From assembly GCA_051648225.1 (NCBI GenBank), contig JBOFET010000537.1:1-51726 (forward strand): 51,726 nt of DNA. Direction: 5' to 3'. Both the position numbers and the translations under genes were made by a program. Below, piece by piece: positions 50,306 through 51,726 of this stretch. Each line of letters starts with the position of its first letter. Within the stretch, counting starts at the first letter, position 1. The notes beneath the pieces are model-generated. The model did no database searches and was not told where the DNA came from. It was given only the letters and a program-made list of their open reading frames with translations. The stretch is from Luteolibacter sp. (GTDB lineage Bacteria; Verrucomicrobiota; Verrucomicrobiia; Verrucomicrobiales; Akkermansiaceae).

Positions 50306-50404
50306 AGCTTCCAACGAACATCAGAGGACCGTTAGGGTGATTTTGTAATCCCGCTCGGGACTCCACTGTGGGGGTCCCGGGTTCACCAATTCCGAAACCT
50401 GAAA

Positions 50405-51726
50405 ATGAAAAACACGCAATTGATTCTACAAATCGGTCTGTTGGGACTAGGTGTTTTGCTTGGGTCTCAAATCCGAAGTAGATCCGCTGATAGAAGCCAA
50501 TTGGATAAAGATCAGCGTTCTGCCTCCGCGACCGATTCTCGGCCCGCTCGTTTTTCAAATGATTCAAGCCGGAATCGATCAGAAAGACGTCTGGATTCAC
50601 GCCCTACCTTCAGAACTCACAAGGTATGCTCCGGGATTCTTCTGGACAGACTGGTGGAATTGCATCGGAGTGATTTCCAGACCATCATGGAAGGCAAGGA
50701 GAAGGAAGGGATTCGTGAGTTTCTGATTTTGCTGGCCGACAAGGATCCCGACGAACTGCTTGCGGCGATTTCCAATGATCTAAGTTTATCGGAAGATCCA
50801 GATCTTGTGCTGTCGATCGTCAACGGGGTAGCTCTGAAAAGCCCCGGTTCTGTCGATGAGCTGATTGAAAAACAACGTGGTATTCTATCACCCGAGTTGT
50901 TTGAATCCATTTTAACGTCAGCGTTTCCGGCGATTGCAAGAAGTGATCCTCGCTTTGCAGCGACACTGATCCATGAAATCACCCATCCTGAACACAGGGA
51001 AGTTGCGATGATTGAACTGTCAGGGGCTTGGATCAAAAAGGACACGAAAGAAGCTCTCGGCTGGTTGACTCAAGTGATGCAATCCGGTGTCTCCAGCGAG
51101 ACTGTCGAGCGATGCTACGAAACGATCATTCTTGGTAGCTTGAGTCATGATCCCATGGTGGTCGCACAAGTTGTCAGTAACATTGAATCGGGCAAAATGC
51201 TTCAGCGCTTGGTGCCGGTGATCGGAGTCAAGATGGCGGAGACTGATTTGACAGGTGCAATCGAATGGGTGAAATCAATTTCTAACCGAGAAGCAAGGCA
51301 GGCTGGTCTCACGAAGATGATCGACTTTCATGCTCAAGCCCACCCTGAACTGCTTTTTGATGTGCTGGTTGGTGAGCTTCAGGGAGGCGCGTCCAAACCT
51401 TATTTGGACCTGTCTTCGTTCACAAAGCATCACGCCGATTTTGTGATGAAGAATCTTTCGAGCCTACCCCCGGCCTCGCAGCCTGATGCGGCCGAGAGTA
51501 TCGCACTTTCCATTGTCGAACGTGATGGCCTTGATTCCGATCTGGTGAATTGGATCTATCAACTACCACCGGGTGCCGTTTTTGACCGAGCTGCGGAAGT
51601 GTATGCGTTGAATCAGGTCACCCGAAACGCCAGAACTGCCGTGGAGTTTGCCGGGCAAATCGAAAATCCTCAGAGCCGTGCGAACTTGTTATCTCGCTTG
51701 GTGGAAAATGCGGAAATTGACACCAT
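50405..51726 (+). CDS. Membrane-anchored helical-repeat hypothetical protein (3' truncated; absent from ORF track)
   Basis: Manual translation MKNTQLILQIGLLGLGVLLG... is open to the window end; repeated D.x.x.A.x.x.W units. Confidence 0.8.
   Translation, partial: MKNTQLILQIGLLGLGVLLGSQIRSRSADRSQLDKDQRSASATDSRPARFSNDSSRNRSERRLDSRPTFRTHKVCSGILLDRLVELHRSDFQTIMEGKEKEGIREFLILLADKDPDELLAAISNDLSLSEDPDLVLSIVNGVALKSPGSVDELIEKQRGILSPELFESILTSAFPAIARSDPRFAATLIHEITHPEHREVAMIELSGAWIKKDTKEALGWLTQVMQSGVSSETVERCYETIILGSLSHDPMVVAQVVSNIESGKMLQRLVPVIGVKMAETDLTGAIEWVKSISNREARQAGLTKMIDFHAQAHPELLFDVLVGELQGGASKPYLDLSSFTKHHADFVMKNLSSLPPASQPDAAESIALSIVERDGLDSDLVNWIYQLPPGAVFDRAAEVYALNQVTRNARTAVEFAGQIENPQSRANLLSRLVENAEIDT

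Noticed and set aside
50617-51045. 142-aa minus-strand ORF
   Set aside because: Antisense to the long plus-strand ORF starting at 50405

Overview
GC-rich bacterial chromosomal window, probably Verrucomicrobiota (Luteolibacter/Haloferula-like). This assignment is inferred from the PEP-CTERM, DUF1552-like and prepilin-domain genes and from protein style. Positions 1-42 kb are mostly housekeeping and metabolic genes: a GH92/ROK/MFS mannoside cluster, comM, a sigma-GAF fusion, a Cus-type efflux operon interrupted by an antisense VapBC pair, esterases, a UvrD helicase, argB, efp, tRNA-Leu(CAA), lpxI, mdh, ndh and fur. The most unusual region is about 41.9-47.2 kb. It holds a non-coding array of about 11 degenerate 21-22 bp repeats plus an IHF-like site upstream of an uncharacterised helical protein. 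Next is a low-GC three-ORF cassette (Zn-ribbon ORF, EEP nuclease, partner) bounded by inverted TGTTAGCCG/CGGCTAACA integron-core-like sites, then a SEC-C/coiled-coil/RelE-like fusion. Also notable are a ~170 nt structured ncRNA candidate after mdh, a thioester-domain-like PEP-CTERM protein and an EF-P with a PPR loop. All family calls come from motif recognition by eye; no database searches or folding programs were run.
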